NCBI GenBank assembly: GCA_964252035.1
Contig: OZ176200.1
Reading direction: 5' to 3' (one strand)
Source: Podarcis erhardii
Taxonomy: Eukaryota
DNA: 64,000 nucleotides
Each line of letters starts with the position of its first letter. The first letter of the stretch is position 1. A program made the position numbers and the translations under genes. Positions 38,934 to 51,734 of the stretch are shown piece after piece. The notes under the pieces were generated by a model. It saw nothing but the letters and a program-made list of their open reading frames with translations. It ran no database searches and had not been told where the DNA came from.

Positions 38934-39145
38934 CCAGTCTGACGTACAGGACATATTGCATTGAATCCCGAGGTTCTGTGTACAAGATGCTGCCACGCAT
39001 GCTGAGCCAGATGATTGCGACTTCTGCGATCATGCAGCTAAGCAGAATACCCAGGTAGCCTCTGCCGTGGTCCACCAGGTTGAGAGAGCAGGTCTCATTG
39101 GGGTTGTATGCCAGTCCAAAGAGCACCACAGAAAGGATTATGAAC
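38934..39145 (-). CDS. DAGLA: DAGLA coding exon 2 (212 nt)
   Basis: FIILSVVLFGLAYNPNETCSLNLVDHGRGYLGILLSCMIAEVAIIWLSMRGSILYTEPRDSMQYVLYVRL; CAG acceptor, GTAAGA donor. Confidence 0.97.
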
Positions 39146-40197
39146 CTGCCACACATAAGCACATACAATATTCCCTTGATAAACCTCAAGGTACCATATA
39201 CATGAAAAAATAGTATTCAAAGAATGTCAACAGCAATATTATGATTACAGGTCTGTGAAAATGTCTCTTTTTAATGTTTCCATGAAGTGGTTAGTTTATT
39301 TTATGCGCTAAACAAATAAGTAGTTAGCTTTGAACATATTCACAACTGCATACATCTAATAAAACGAGCTTTTGCCTATCAAAGCTCATCCCATAATAAA
39401 ACAGTTATCCTCTCTAAAGGCATCCGAGCAGTTTTAACATTTTATTCACAATGTAATTATCTTGTTACTTTTAATGAAATAAATTTGACAAGAGTTTCCA
39501 GAGTCAGCCACTAAAGGAATGCTATCAGTAGTATTATATTCAGTATACACCTGGGTCTGGGTTTCTGTGATTACAGGCAAATATCACACTTAGCCAATTT
39601 CAAATGTTCCACTAATGCCATCCATTTATTTGTGGTATATGTTTAGGGATTGCTTTGATAGTAAAATGCTGCTGCTTAGCTAGTGGGGATTTTTTTCGCC
39701 CACATGCAGATTTCTGGATGGCATCCCAGAACACATTCTGTGTCCCTCTATAACTGAGAGAGAGAAAATTCCTTTTGACAGATCTGTCTACTTCTCCACT
39801 GTCACCAGGAGGTCTTAAAATGAGAATAGTAAAGGCGTGGACATGCTTTCAGTAGTCACTAGAGGGCAGAAGAAAATGTGGCAGGCACACGGTGCTGTAA
39901 ACTCTACATCAAGATTATAATGTCAATATGGTATTACTATTCTTGCCTACATAATGATTTTATTATACATGATACATGAGTATGCCCACATGACAAAGGG
40001 TAAAACAATAAGCTGTCACAACTTTCAACACTTTGCTTGCCCTCTGGGAAGATGTGTGGCAACATGTAGATTCCCCAGTACACCACTGCTGAGTTATCCA
40101 TAACTCAGAAGCAACCAAGGAACAACTGATAAGAAGCAATCACACAATATTGGTTTTACATTATAACACCTGACAACCTAACATCCTTGGTTCATTC

Positions 40198-40611
40198 CAG
40201 GACTGCAATACCTCAAGGACTGCCTCTTTCCATTTGAACGTACTTGGACCCTGAGATCATCTTCTGAGGCCCTTCTTCATGTGACTCCTCCTTGAGAGGT
40301 CCAGAGGGTAGCAACATGAGAACGGGACTTCTCTGCAGTGGCTCCCTGTCTGTGGAATGCTCTCCCCAGGGACGTTTACCTAGCACCTTCATTATACACC
40401 TTTAGGCTCCAGACAAAAACATTCCTTTTTAACTAGGCCTTTGGTTGATCTGATTTACATCCTATGTGCTTTTAAAATGGTTTTTTTTGGGGGGGGGCTA
40501 TTTGGTTGTTGTTTTTATTTCTATTATGTATTTTGTGGTTTTATATCTTGATTTTATTCTGTGAACTGCCCTGAGAACTCTGGGTATAGGGCGGTAGATA
40601 AACTCTAATAA

Positions 40612-40665
<54 letters not shown>
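40198..40665 (+). mobile_element. L2-type LINE 3' end with (AAT)n tail
   Basis: YLKDCL..-like ORF2 end, ttctctgcagtggctccctgtctgtggaatgctctcccc, then gggcggtagataaact and (AAT)~18 at 40612-40665. Confidence 0.8.
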
Positions 40666-41272
40666 TCCATGGGATGCCATTGTAGGGCTGTAATTGTGGC
40701 AAAAGTTTTCCATACTAAGTATTAACAGAAATGGTAAGAAGGTATGAAATACACTTTACTATGGTTTTATCAAGATAATTCAACACAGTGTGTTGCATTA
40801 AATTCTGCATTAACTTACCTTTCTAATGATGTGAATTATGGCATTAGTCTAAAAAAGACTGATGTTATGAGTCAACACTTGGGAAATCCCACCAATTGAT
40901 ACCTTTACTGTATTCTTTTCAGTGCCTACTGACAACATTCTGAGCTTTAACATCAGACGTTTAGAAAGTTTGTATGAGTTTTAAATTGTTTTGTTGTGGT
41001 TACAACTTTATGCTTTAAACAATGGTTATAAATGATTAGTGATGATTTTATTGCTTTATCTTTTTTGAAAACCGCTTTGAGGATTTTTCTACAAACAAGC
41101 AGCATATACATTTTATGAAATGATTTTTTAAAAATGCAGCGTTCTGAATGACACTTTTTATAGGGGAGCAGGATGCTACCAATAACTGGAAAAAGAGTAG
41201 CAAAACAGAACAAAAAACTGCTCATTAGTAGAGTCATGGAAGCTTTCTGCTCAGGTGTATGTTTTCACTTAC

Positions 41273-41367
41273 CAAGTGGTATGAAGGAGAAAGAGAAAGA
41301 TGGCTGGCAAAACAAGGTCATCACTGCCTACAGACCAGCGACGACGGAATACCACAATCCCTGGCAT
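41273..41367 (-). CDS. DAGLA: DAGLA coding exon 1 (95 nt; exon begins at 41411 with 44 nt of 5'UTR)
   Basis: MPGIVVFRRRWSVGSDDLVLPAIFLFLLHTT(W). GCCATG start, in-frame TGA 24 nt upstream, TG|GTAAGT donor. Confidence 0.97.
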
Positions 41368-43334
41368 GGCTAATGGGTCAGGGGAGGATCACCAGGCACA
41401 ATGCTCACCTTCTGAAACAGAAGAACAAACAGCAATTAAGCAAGGTTTTTCCAGCCATCACAAAAATATGGCTGTTCACTTGTTCCAAGAACAGAATAGT
41501 TGTAATGATATCTCAGACAATTTCCCCCCACACTTCTCACATTTGTACCCTGCCACTCTGAGTGATAGGTTAGGAAGTGATCCAGTTTTAAAGTTTAATT
41601 TCAACCCAGGGCTCCCCTTTCCAGTTGGACATTCTATCTCCTACACCATATTGGCTATCCAAGTCTCTTTCTCAACCCATGACCATAAGGCAAGCCAAAT
41701 TCATTTTTGTGGACTGCCATGGTCTCTGATTAATGTGGCCGTCCAGATTTTTTTTTAGATTCAAACTGGGCCCTCCAAAAGCTGAAAGCAGCCTCTAGGT
41801 GCATGACCCAGTGCTGCTGACATAGGTATATCTGGTATGGCTGTCCTCAGTATCCACTGAAGAGGCCATTGTGAGTGACCACATGTATGCCACCCACAGG
41901 AGGATTTTGTGCAGGATTCTTCATTCCTTTAAAAATTACATTATTATATTAAAGGAGGGGTGCCTAGCCACGAAGTCACATGTGCATTCATGCTGCCTTT
42001 AGTAAAGGAGAGGGAGGCTAAACATTCACAATGTTGTACAATAAATGAAATGGGTTAGGTAAAAATCACTTGCAACCTAGTCTTGTTACTTTCATCACTC
42101 CAGGACTAGAAAACGGTCCTATTTAGCAATCTTTAGAAGCCAGAGAGTCTCCCCTTCCCAACCCCCTTATAAATGTTCATATAACTACTAAAAGCTAAAG
42201 ACTTGCTCTTTTAAAAATGGAGGTTAGGTAGATTCTGCAGTAATTATCAGGATGATTTCCTTATTCATGCTTTGATGGTTTGATTGTTTGATCATGCCCA
42301 GCAAAAATAATATTGTGCCACTTCCTTGCACATGATGAAGATGAGGCGGTCATGCCACAATAAATGTGTTACTTTTAAAGATGCTCATGGGCTTGTTGTC
42401 ATTATTCTGATAAAAGGCTATTCTTCTGGAATTTATCCCTAAGGGCATGCAGATTCCTAAACTGTCCTGATACTGCTATTCAGAGCTACAGATGATGCAA
42501 CACCTGAATGTTTAAAAGAGGCATTAGGAGGATCAAAAGAAACACAGCTATAGATGAAGGGAGGTGAGCATTAGCTGAAAGTGGAGTAAAGCCCATGCTC
42601 ACTGGATTCCAATTCACAAGATTAGTGGGAATCTTATTACAGAGCTCTGTATTGGTTACTGATCTTTTCTAGATGCCTGTGGAAGCTCTAACAGGTAGCT
42701 AAGCAACTTTATTCCATATTACACATAGGATAAAAGCACGGGAATTTGGGGTTTGGGGACATAATATAAAGCCAGTCCTATGAACTATCATAAGGTATTC
42801 AGACTCTAAATTGCATTTGCACATGCAAAGAAGTACGGATGCTAGGTTGGCATTCCCAAACTGTTTCCCTGGCAAGAATGCTCGGACCAGTCTGCTAACC
42901 TACTTTTAAAAAATTCTGGAATTCATATCCACATTGGCACCTATTAATTTGTTCATTTTGGTCCAGTAAGTCCTCTGGAGAGTCAGCTGCTACAACATGG
43001 TGCTTGTGACCCAAATTCCAGCCTGTAACACAGCCTGTCAAAACCCATGAAGTGGAGCTTCCTGAATGGGTGGGTGGCAATTTTTCTACAGAATGATTCT
43101 TCTGAAGAAAGAGATCCACTCAATCAGGAAGCTGAAGTTTGTCGTACATGACAAACATTCAAGTTTTTCTAGTTTTGACAGTGAAGTCTAAGCATACAAA
43201 TGTATGTATCCCTGCATGAAAGTCAGCTCCACTGAATGAGGTAGGACTCACTTCAGAGTAAATATGTATGGTACTTGTCAAATGTTAACCTTTACAAGGT
43301 GTGATAAACAAGGTGCACAGACATCTCTGTCATA

Positions 43335-44241
43335 TAGATAGATAGATAGATAGATTCTTTATTGTCATTACACAAGTGCAACATTGCACAAGTGCAACGA
43401 AATTGGATGCCATCCCTTAAAAACAACAAAAGCAAAACAACAACAACAACCAAACAAACCACATTCCAGCCACACCCACACCCACACCCATCAAACTCCC
43501 AGGTCACACTATCGAGTTACTGCATTTAAGAAGGCCACAGCTCTTGGATAGAAACTATTTTTCAGTCTATTTGTCCTTGACTTGATGTTTCTGTATCTCC
43601 TGCCAGAAGGCAGTAGTACAAACAGACTGTGTCCCGGGTGAGATGTATCCTGCAGGATATTGTTTGCTTTCCTAAGACAACGGGAACCGTACAGTTCTTC
43701 CAAAGATGGGAGGGGATGACCAATAATCCTTTGGGCTGTGGTTATGACCTTCTGGAGCACCTTCCTCTTCCTAGCTGTACAGCTGGAGAACCAGGCACAA
43801 ATACAGTATGTGAGAATGCTCTCTATGGAGCCTCGGTAGAAGGACACCAGCAGTCTCTCACTCAGATTGTTCTTCTTTAAAAGTCTGAGGAAATAAATTC
43901 TCTGCTGGGCCTTCTTCACCAGAGCAGTGGTATTTGCGCTCCAAGTCATGCCCTGATCGATAGTCACTCCCAAAAACCTGAATTCCGCCACCCTCTCCAC
44001 CCGTTCCCCGTTGATATACAAGGGCTGAATGTCCGCCTTTTTTTCCCTGTAATCCACCACCAATTCCTTGGTCTTAGCCGTATTAAGAGCCAGATTGTTC
44101 TCTCCACACCAAGCACAAAGCCGCTCCACCTCGTCCCGATAGGCGGACTCATCCCCTCCTGAAATGAGCCCCACCACCGTAGTGTCATCAGCAAACTTGA
44201 TGATTTTGTTGCTGGAATAAATGGCTGTACAATCATACGTA
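43335..44241 (-). mobile_element. Rex1/Babar non-LTR retrotransposon, 5'-truncated; RT C-terminal ORF intact; (ATCT)n tail
   Basis: About 245 uninterrupted codons: TYDC...KFADDTTVVGLISGGDESAYRDEVERL...NLALNTAKTKELVVDY...HPGHSLFVLLPSGRRYRNIKSRTNRLKNSFYPRAV, typical Rex1/Babar motifs. 3'UTR has AATAAA and a tctatctatc tail. Confidence 0.88.
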
Positions 44242-46253
44242 TTCACAGGATTGTGCATGGAAATGGATGTTGAATCACAACCAAAAAACCCACAGGACAA
44301 CAGGAAGGCTTTTGATATTGGTTCTCCAAGACCAGCATATACAGTATGCCCATGATGTTATTAAAGCAGAAATTCCTACCCATATGTCTGCAAGGTGTTA
44401 GTCAGGTTATAGGATTTGCAACAGGAAGGTTAGCCACATCAGTTATAAAGTGTATCAGTTTTAGCATTATGAACCAAAGCATGATGCACATAATCTAAAA
44501 TCTTGCTATCAGCTATTTTTATGACTGCAATTAGACACTGAGACTTTTGAATCCATTGGCTTGGATACTAAGCCTTCTACAAGTGGAAGAGCTCCTTCTG
44601 TTTATAGAAGACTTTCAATTCAGCAGAAGATCCCACTAATGAATAGCAGGGGAAGAGATCTTCACAGATTCATGTCATACTTTTGTGGCCGTAATAACAG
44701 ACTTCTCCTAGAATAGAAATGGGAATGCATTCACAGCTGGAGGGAATCCTACAAGTAATATTTTGCCTGCAAGCACCTTGGGCTGGATATTCAAAGAGCT
44801 TCTGAGTTATATAATTCATTTTGCCACTGGCATCAGTCATCTCAGATACCAGTGTCACACTGGGATACTAGACAAAATTCAAGAGCGTTCCTATTCTAAA
44901 TCTGAATATCAGACTGTAAGGTCCATAATTTATCCACCCAGAAACAGTAATTATGCTAATTCATTTGGCCATAAGGAGTGATTCATTTTTCTGTGGACAG
45001 CAGCTGTACAATAATTCTCTTCACCCAGCACTCTGCTCACCCAAGCAACTGTTCAAAAACTTCCTCTAGCCTGAACATCACATAAACAGAATTTTTTTAT
45101 ACTTCACCCCCAGCTCCCCACAGCTTATGAAGAAATCTCCCTATACCCCTTTGTGAAACACTAGAACTGATACAACAGATTGCTCTGTGAGTCGCCCAAA
45201 CCCAGCTTGCATAGCAGCTCCATTCAAATTCAATGTCTAAAGAGCCTATTCTCATGCCCTTGCAGCAAGTGGCAGCTGTGGTTTTCAGTCAGCCCTTGCT
45301 TGCTTCCAGGCACAGCTGCCACAGGCATACATGCCGAAGGCACGTGCTGAAGCCAGCCCAGATCATCCTTTGGCAAGTCCCCCTGAATATTTCTGGATAT
45401 TTAATGGCCAGATGCTTCTCTAGTGCTTCCTTTTCTCAGAAGCTTGTTAATGGCAACACTGCAGTCGGGGCCTATGCATATAGTCTTTCCTACTCACAAA
45501 CTCTGGTGATGAATTTCAAATTAATCCCTACAATATACCGTAATTCTCAACTCCATAACTCAAAGCATACAGCACTTGTCTATATGGCCTTTCCCCACAG
45601 AATGTGTCCTTGAAAAACTGGTGATTTTTGTACTGCTTCATGGGTGGAGTCACTACCCCGTTCTAAACATCCAGGTTGGTTGTACTGGTATTGAGTTTCA
45701 TTTTGAAAATGAACATCACTTGTCCACAATGTCCTCTTCAATGTCTGAACAGGTTCCAAGAGACTATCAGGCCTAGGAGAGGTTTTGCTGCTTGAAGCAT
45801 AGTTGAGGTATCTTGAAGGGTCTGCCTACTAAATCTAGCAGTAGGAACTCAAGCCTTCCACATAAACCAGAGAGCCTTTCTCAGCTGAAAAATTTGCAAC
45901 AGATTTGACAGCTGAAAGTGGCTCCATTTCTATTCAGGAATAAATAGCTTAGCTTCCTGATTCACACCAGTAGTACTTCCTCTGTTCTTCACAGAACAAT
46001 TTGGCAAGAGTAGGTACAAGGAGGGGGGATATCTTCCTGATGTCCAGAGCATCTTAGTTCTCCTCAGTCCTGCCTGGCTACATCTCAATTTATAATCCAT
46101 CCTGATGACTTCACCAAGCACTAATAATATAGTTTAAGACGGACCTGAACATGATCTATAATAAGTCTCAATCAGGCCTAACATTTTTGATAATTTTGAG
46201 CTTCTCCATTTCCTTATCCTCCGGTATCTTGATTCTGTTGCTGTCCCAGGAGT

Positions 46254-46254
<1 letters not shown>

Positions 46255-46315
<61 letters not shown>

Positions 46316-46328
46316 CACGCGCGCGCAC
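46255..46328. repeat. Compound (GT)n(GA)n microsatellite followed by a CG-alternating run
   Basis: Seen directly. Confidence 0.95.
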
Positions 46329-49300
46329 TCATTGCTGCTGTCAATGCACCTCAGACTTGATCTTATTTAATTGTTCTCTTAAGCAATTAACAAAATGGAC
46401 AACACCGAAATAATCTCATTTCTACTATATGCATCACAGTCAGGATTTGCTTCTCATAGCACTCTTGTAGTAAGCACCAATATATACCAGTATATACTTT
46501 CTACGTCTATCTACAATTATCATATGATGTTGTTGTTTTACACAAGGTTCACATTCAAATGATCTAAGCAGAACTTCCAAGATTCAAACCATAGGAACTT
46601 TGGTGAAGTGGTTTCAGAGAATTCTCAAAAATGTTGTTGGAAAGTATGCCTGACACCCTCCAGGTTAATTAAGTGTCATTTTGTTTCTTAATCTGAGGGC
46701 CCTCCCAGAGAAAATATTGTACCTTGAGCTGAACATCCAAAGCACAGCTACCCCTGCCACCAAACAGTATCCTTTGAAATGAAAGGAAGAATCTTCTTTC
46801 AGCTTAAAACAAGAGGATAAATGAGATGAACATGCAAATGTACATCTGAGTGTAGATGCAGTCTATCTGTACTGCACTGTTGGAATATATATTCTCCATA
46901 AGGATGTACAATTAGATACACATCCAAGTATCTGAGAGTGGCTCTCCTTCATTGGATTGGGCAAGGAAGTACAGATGACAGAGAAGAATTCTAGAGAGAA
47001 GGGAAAAGGAAGGAAGCTATCTTCTTTGTCTTGCCCCTCTTCTGTCCCCTCTGAGAAAATATGTATGTCCTCCCATTTTTATGAATTTAATTGTAAAGGG
47101 CAGATCTACATTCACTGAGCAGCAGGGGCTGATTTCTTAAGATTCATTCACCTAACCCATCAAGTTGCTGACATTATGAAGAACTGTTACCATTATGAAG
47201 AACTGGTACCAAGTTGCTCTAGTGAAAATCCCTGGTGATATATTTCATTCTTCCCACCAAAAAAATTGGCAAGCATTACTAGCCTTCCCTTCCCTCACAT
47301 TTTCCTGAGGATCATTGTTCGCTTCCAACACTCCTTGTATATCTTTGTAAAATATTACTCCCTCTAGAACAATTAGCTGGACTCTACCTCCTGTATTATA
47401 TTTTGCAATCATGAAACTTTTCCAGCAATGAAATCTCACAGAAAATATGAACAAAGAATGATTCATGTTTAAAACCAAGTAACTTTGAATTGGCTACCTT
47501 TCTTTACCTTAGCAAGCCTACTATTTATATGACAGCCACCTGAACCTGTTTTTCTCCAAACTATTGAAGGTAGTGTGGAAGTCAAGAGTAAGAACAGTAG
47601 CAACTGAGAATGAAAAAGCATATGGTACATAGGCAGCATAAGAGCTAAATGAAAAAAGTATGTTATCCTGAAAGTTAAGAGGCAGATCATTCATGTTTTT
47701 TATTTGAGCAGTTAAAAAATCAGGAATTGATAGATGCACTCAAAATTCACTGGACCTGCAATTATGAGTCCTGGAAGAAAGCAGAAAGAAGGCAGCACAT
47801 AGAAGGTATCATATCATGTTACTCTAGATTAATTAAGTAGCCTGGAATCAATACAACTCTTGTACTCATGATCACTAACTCACATTAGAATCCCAATTCT
47901 TCCATATGCATGCATTAAAAGGATGGGAAATAATATGTTACCACACTTTATCTTCCCCTATTGTGTAGAATAGTGCAATCAAATTGTATAAATTAACTAA
48001 TTTGCTGTGATGATGAGTACATGTCCTGACTACTTAAAACAGTAAAGGATTACCAAGTGTTTGAAAAGGACTTTAAACCTGGATTAGAGCGTGTATTTAT
48101 GAAGTCATGGGAAGGCATTTATTTGCACAGAAATGTATTTAAAATGTCTCAAGTGCACTGTTAAACAAGCTGGGTTCCCAGGCTCAAATAGAAACAGGAG
48201 TGTGTGTGAATAAAATATGCTTACATAGCATGTAGTCCAGTAGAAGCACATTCTTCTGTCCCAAGAAGCTTTCTTGGGATAGTCCGTGTCCATGGACGGA
48301 GCCTTCATGAGTGAAGGAGGAATCAGCATACTCGCCCTGGCACCACTGAAAATCCCAAGCAGGAGGGAAAAAACAGCTTGGTGACTGTCTGCCAACAAAG
48401 CCAGTCATCCGCATCACCAGCAGCAACAGCAGCAGCATCAACACTACCTCCATCACAGCAGGTCCCTACCTCCAAACACAACCTTCATTTATTCAACTGA
48501 AGCTGCTTTAAGCAAAGCATGTGTGAATCAGGACTCCCCCCACCTCTTTCTACATTTTGATCTCACTTTAGAAGGAAGTGACCTCATTTCCTGCTCTCAG
48601 GAGACTTATGAATTATGGGAGCAAGGACTGAGAATGAGAGCACATAATGCTGTCACTCATGAGAGAAACACCAAGGGACAGAGAATGCTCTCAGATAGCA
48701 AGTGCGGCAGCAGAGAGGCAGCACCTCTTTCACTAGACAAATCAGAGCAACTGAGTGCACTGTAATGACTTTGGAACATTCTAAATCCTTTCTAAATATC
48801 AGAAATCCTCTTTCCCTACAACAGATTACATCAGAGACAGAATTGTAGGAGCAAAAGGCTGAAAAGGCTTTGGACCTTTGGCTGCTTCTTTAATATTCTG
48901 TAAACAAGAGGCACACAGGAGGGGCCATCTTCTTAATCAAAGAGTCAAAGGTCTCCTCTCTCACATGCTGCTGTAGCTGTGGAGGGCTCCACTACATGCT
49001 ATGTTAAGCATAATATTGAAATGTACAACTAGGGCTGCCACTTTCCTTTCCTTTCCTAACCTAAAGTAGCTGTCAGCAGCCCAATCTGTATCAGGATTAT
49101 AGTTGGGAGGAAGAGAACCCCATCTCTCCCACACAGTCATGTTCTCTAGCCTCAATTCCTTCTCTGACTCAAAGGAAGAATCAGAAGGAGGGGAGGCATC
49201 ACCTAGGGAGGCATCATCCCCCATTCCAGGATTCACCCAACTCCTCATACTCAGAAGGCACCCAACTCCTTATACTCCTTATACCCCGGACTTAAATGCA

Positions 49301-50442
49301 GTCTCCACTACTCCTGTGCCGTAAGACAGCTGCAGAGTCAGGCAATGGCCATTTAAGAAACAGACAGTTCCTTGGAGCAGGTGGGATTAACAGCAGATCC
49401 TAAGCAGTCAGCCTTCATGAGGTCTCTACATGCTGCTGAGAACAACCATTCTCCCTGAGTGATTTCCAGCATACCCTTGCCATGGTCTCCTGGCCTTCCC
49501 TATTCCTTCCAGTAAGTGCCACTGCCTTCCCTGGCAGCCTTCAGCCAAGCTAGGACAGGGCAAATGCTGCTGTCCTAATACGCTAAGACTAAGACACACA
49601 CACCATGGCTGCTTTTTGATAGGAAAGAAAACTGAGGAGTCCTAATCACATTTTTAAATACTGCAGTGTGCTTAATGTAACATATAGTTTGGCTCTAATT
49701 CTTTATGACATGAGGATGTAGCATGGAGTGGGGAAGGAGCACTGCAGAATATACATCTGGAGGGTTAAGGCTTAGTGTAAAGAACAAGAACGAGGCCACA
49801 AGATTTCAGATAAAGTCACAAGATTTCAGATAAAACTAGGGAGATTTAGTTAAATCCACAATGCTACTAGATCATACGGAAATTGGCTTATGCATATCCC
49901 ATTAGATATAAAAGACACCATATGCAGCCCTTAGGTTAGCACACCAGCCCAAAGCTACTCATTCCTAAGGAAGGGAGATACAGTGCTACACTGTCAGTTC
50001 AAAGCAGCCAACAGCACCTCATGAAGGGAAGGAACAGCAGAAGTGCCCTTGCTAGGACAAGGGTGGAGCAAAGAGAGGCTGCAGCAAGATGGGTGAGCTG
50101 TGGGTTTGTGGTGACAGCATCTAGCAGGTGTGTGCTTACCTGTGGAATAGAACTGCTATCAATTCAGAGGTCCACTGACCTTGCTGTCACCTTGCCCCAT
50201 CACAATCCCAACACACACAGTGCACCTGCAACTCCTATTCCCAAGTTTTCATTTGGGTTCCAGATGTCCTAGAATTAGTGCACTATTTCGTGTAGCTCAA
50301 TGTTGTGAGTTCTTTTCTCCATTAGAATGGTCTCAGGTTGAGTTCTCAGCATCTCAAATCAAAAGAGCTCAAGTTGTATGAAGACGTTTGCCTAACACCC
50401 TGGAAAAACCAATACCAGAAATGATGAACCAGTGGTCTGACT

Positions 50443-50926
50443 CAGTGGTGTAGTGGGAGGGGCCGGAGGCCCCGGCACAGAATCTGAGTGGGGTACAAAG
50501 CAGGAGCCTCCCCCCCCCCCATGTGCCTGGCATGCGAGCCCCATGGGCGAGCACAGAGGGTTTCTTTGCCGGCCAGCAAATGGATGGGCCCCGTGCACTG
50601 GGCAGGGTGCAGAGGGTGAAGAGCACACTCCACGCCCCGCCAGGCACTCGAGCCCCCATCCGTCAGCTGGTGGGCAGGCACTCACACACTTGATGGGGAC
50701 AGAGCATGGAGGGTGCTCTCCGCCCTCTGTGCCCCCACCCTGCACAAAAGCGCCTGCTTGCCCGATGATGAGCTGGCCCTGGCCTGCTGGGCAGAAGCAG
50801 GGCCCAGAGCGTAAAGTGCACCCCCACCGCCCTGCTCCCACCCGGCATGTGAGTGCCCACCCATCAGTGGCAGAGGCTGGGGGAGCACAGAGGAAGTCCT
50901 CCACACTCGCCCCGTCCCCACCACTG
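50443..50926. mobile_element. GC-rich putative non-autonomous DNA transposon
   Basis: CAGTGGTG...CACCACTG ends; internal inverted gcacagagg/cctctgtgc motifs; no TSD seen. Confidence 0.35.
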
Positions 50927-51009
50927 AAGTGCAGCCATTCAAGCGCCATGGGGTGATGGGGCATGGAACCCTCCGTGCCCTGCTCCCAGTCAGCCAGAAG
51001 CGACAGCAG

Positions 51010-51176
51010 TGATGGGGGAGCATGCCCATGGAATGGAAGATGGCAGGATCCTGAAGGATGTGCTCTACGAGCAGCTGGTTTCAGGCGCCAGACCTGTTGG
51101 CAGACCAACTCTGCATTACAAATGTGATCTGAAGGCTGGCAACATCAACTCTGCATTGTGGGAATCCTTGCAGACA
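51010..51176 (+). mobile_element. RTE-clade LINE ORF C-terminal fragment
   Basis: HGMEDGRILKDVLYEQLVSGARPVGRPTLHYK..DLKAGNINSALWESL resembles the RTE motif GHV.RM.DGR.PK..LYG.L..G.R..GRP.LRYKD. Confidence 0.7.
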
Positions 51177-51734
51177 ATCATAATGGTGCACCTATATTTT
51201 CATTATTGATTCGCAATGACAAAAACAATAGCAAACATCCATTCCCAAACCATATGTTCGGGTTTAAAATTACCAAAAAATGTGAATATAAAACTCATAA
51301 AATGACATGTCCACCTTGCAATTTGTCTGCCATGAGCAGCAGTTGAGTGAGTAATGTAGAGTACACATGTATATGTATGTGTGAAAGAGAACATGGCCAT
51401 TATGTGAGGGGGAGTTTGTTGAATAGGTCCATGTGGAAGGAAGATCAGGTGGTATTTGTGTATCCATGAGAGGAGAAAGAATATTGTGGCAGCAAGATGT
51501 GAGAATGTGTGAAATACAGCTTATGGTGTGGGTGGATGAGCATACATTGAGGGGAGAGGAGGGAAAAGTATATAAATGACACCTTTGTACAATAGAATCT
51601 AACTCCCTTGAGTTGGTGGGCTCTCCTCCTTCAGTCAAGAACCTAGAGATTCTGAAGAAAGAAGCAGTCAGAGCCAGAAATATGCTAAACCTTCAACTCA
51701 ATCACCATCTTCAAAATAAACAAGAGTGATTTGT

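Larger units (their letters stand above)
14868..41411 (-). other. DAGLA: DAGLA gene body: 19 coding exons, predicted 1030-aa diacylglycerol lipase alpha; non-coding first exon not located
   Basis: Exons translated by hand match recalled human DAGLA along its length (MPGIVVFRRRWSVGSDDL... GHSLG... GKDLVPR... MLHEHLPY... PKPPRLF). Exon lengths sum to 3093 nt with consistent phases and AG acceptors. Confidence 0.98.

Noticed and set aside
44245-44300. N-terminal MSCGFFGCDSTSISMHNPVN of the 263-aa ORF
   Set aside because: Flanking host sequence read in frame by chance; the Rex copy is 5'-truncated near 44241, so this is not a full gene.
48961-49324. Acidic, Ser-rich ORF (GDDASLGDASPPSDSSFESEKE...) and its antisense ORF
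   Set aside because: No convincing splice signals or recognisable family; probably low-complexity or repeat-derived.
49797-49834. Short tandem duplications (also ~25323-25350, ~26517-26540, ~61897-61938)
   Set aside because: Ordinary 12-20 bp slippage duplications; not CRISPR-like and no spacer structure.
50369-51108. Several long overlapping ORFs (up to 238 aa)
   Set aside because: Expected in a GC-rich, stop-poor repeat; low-complexity peptides with no recognisable domain.
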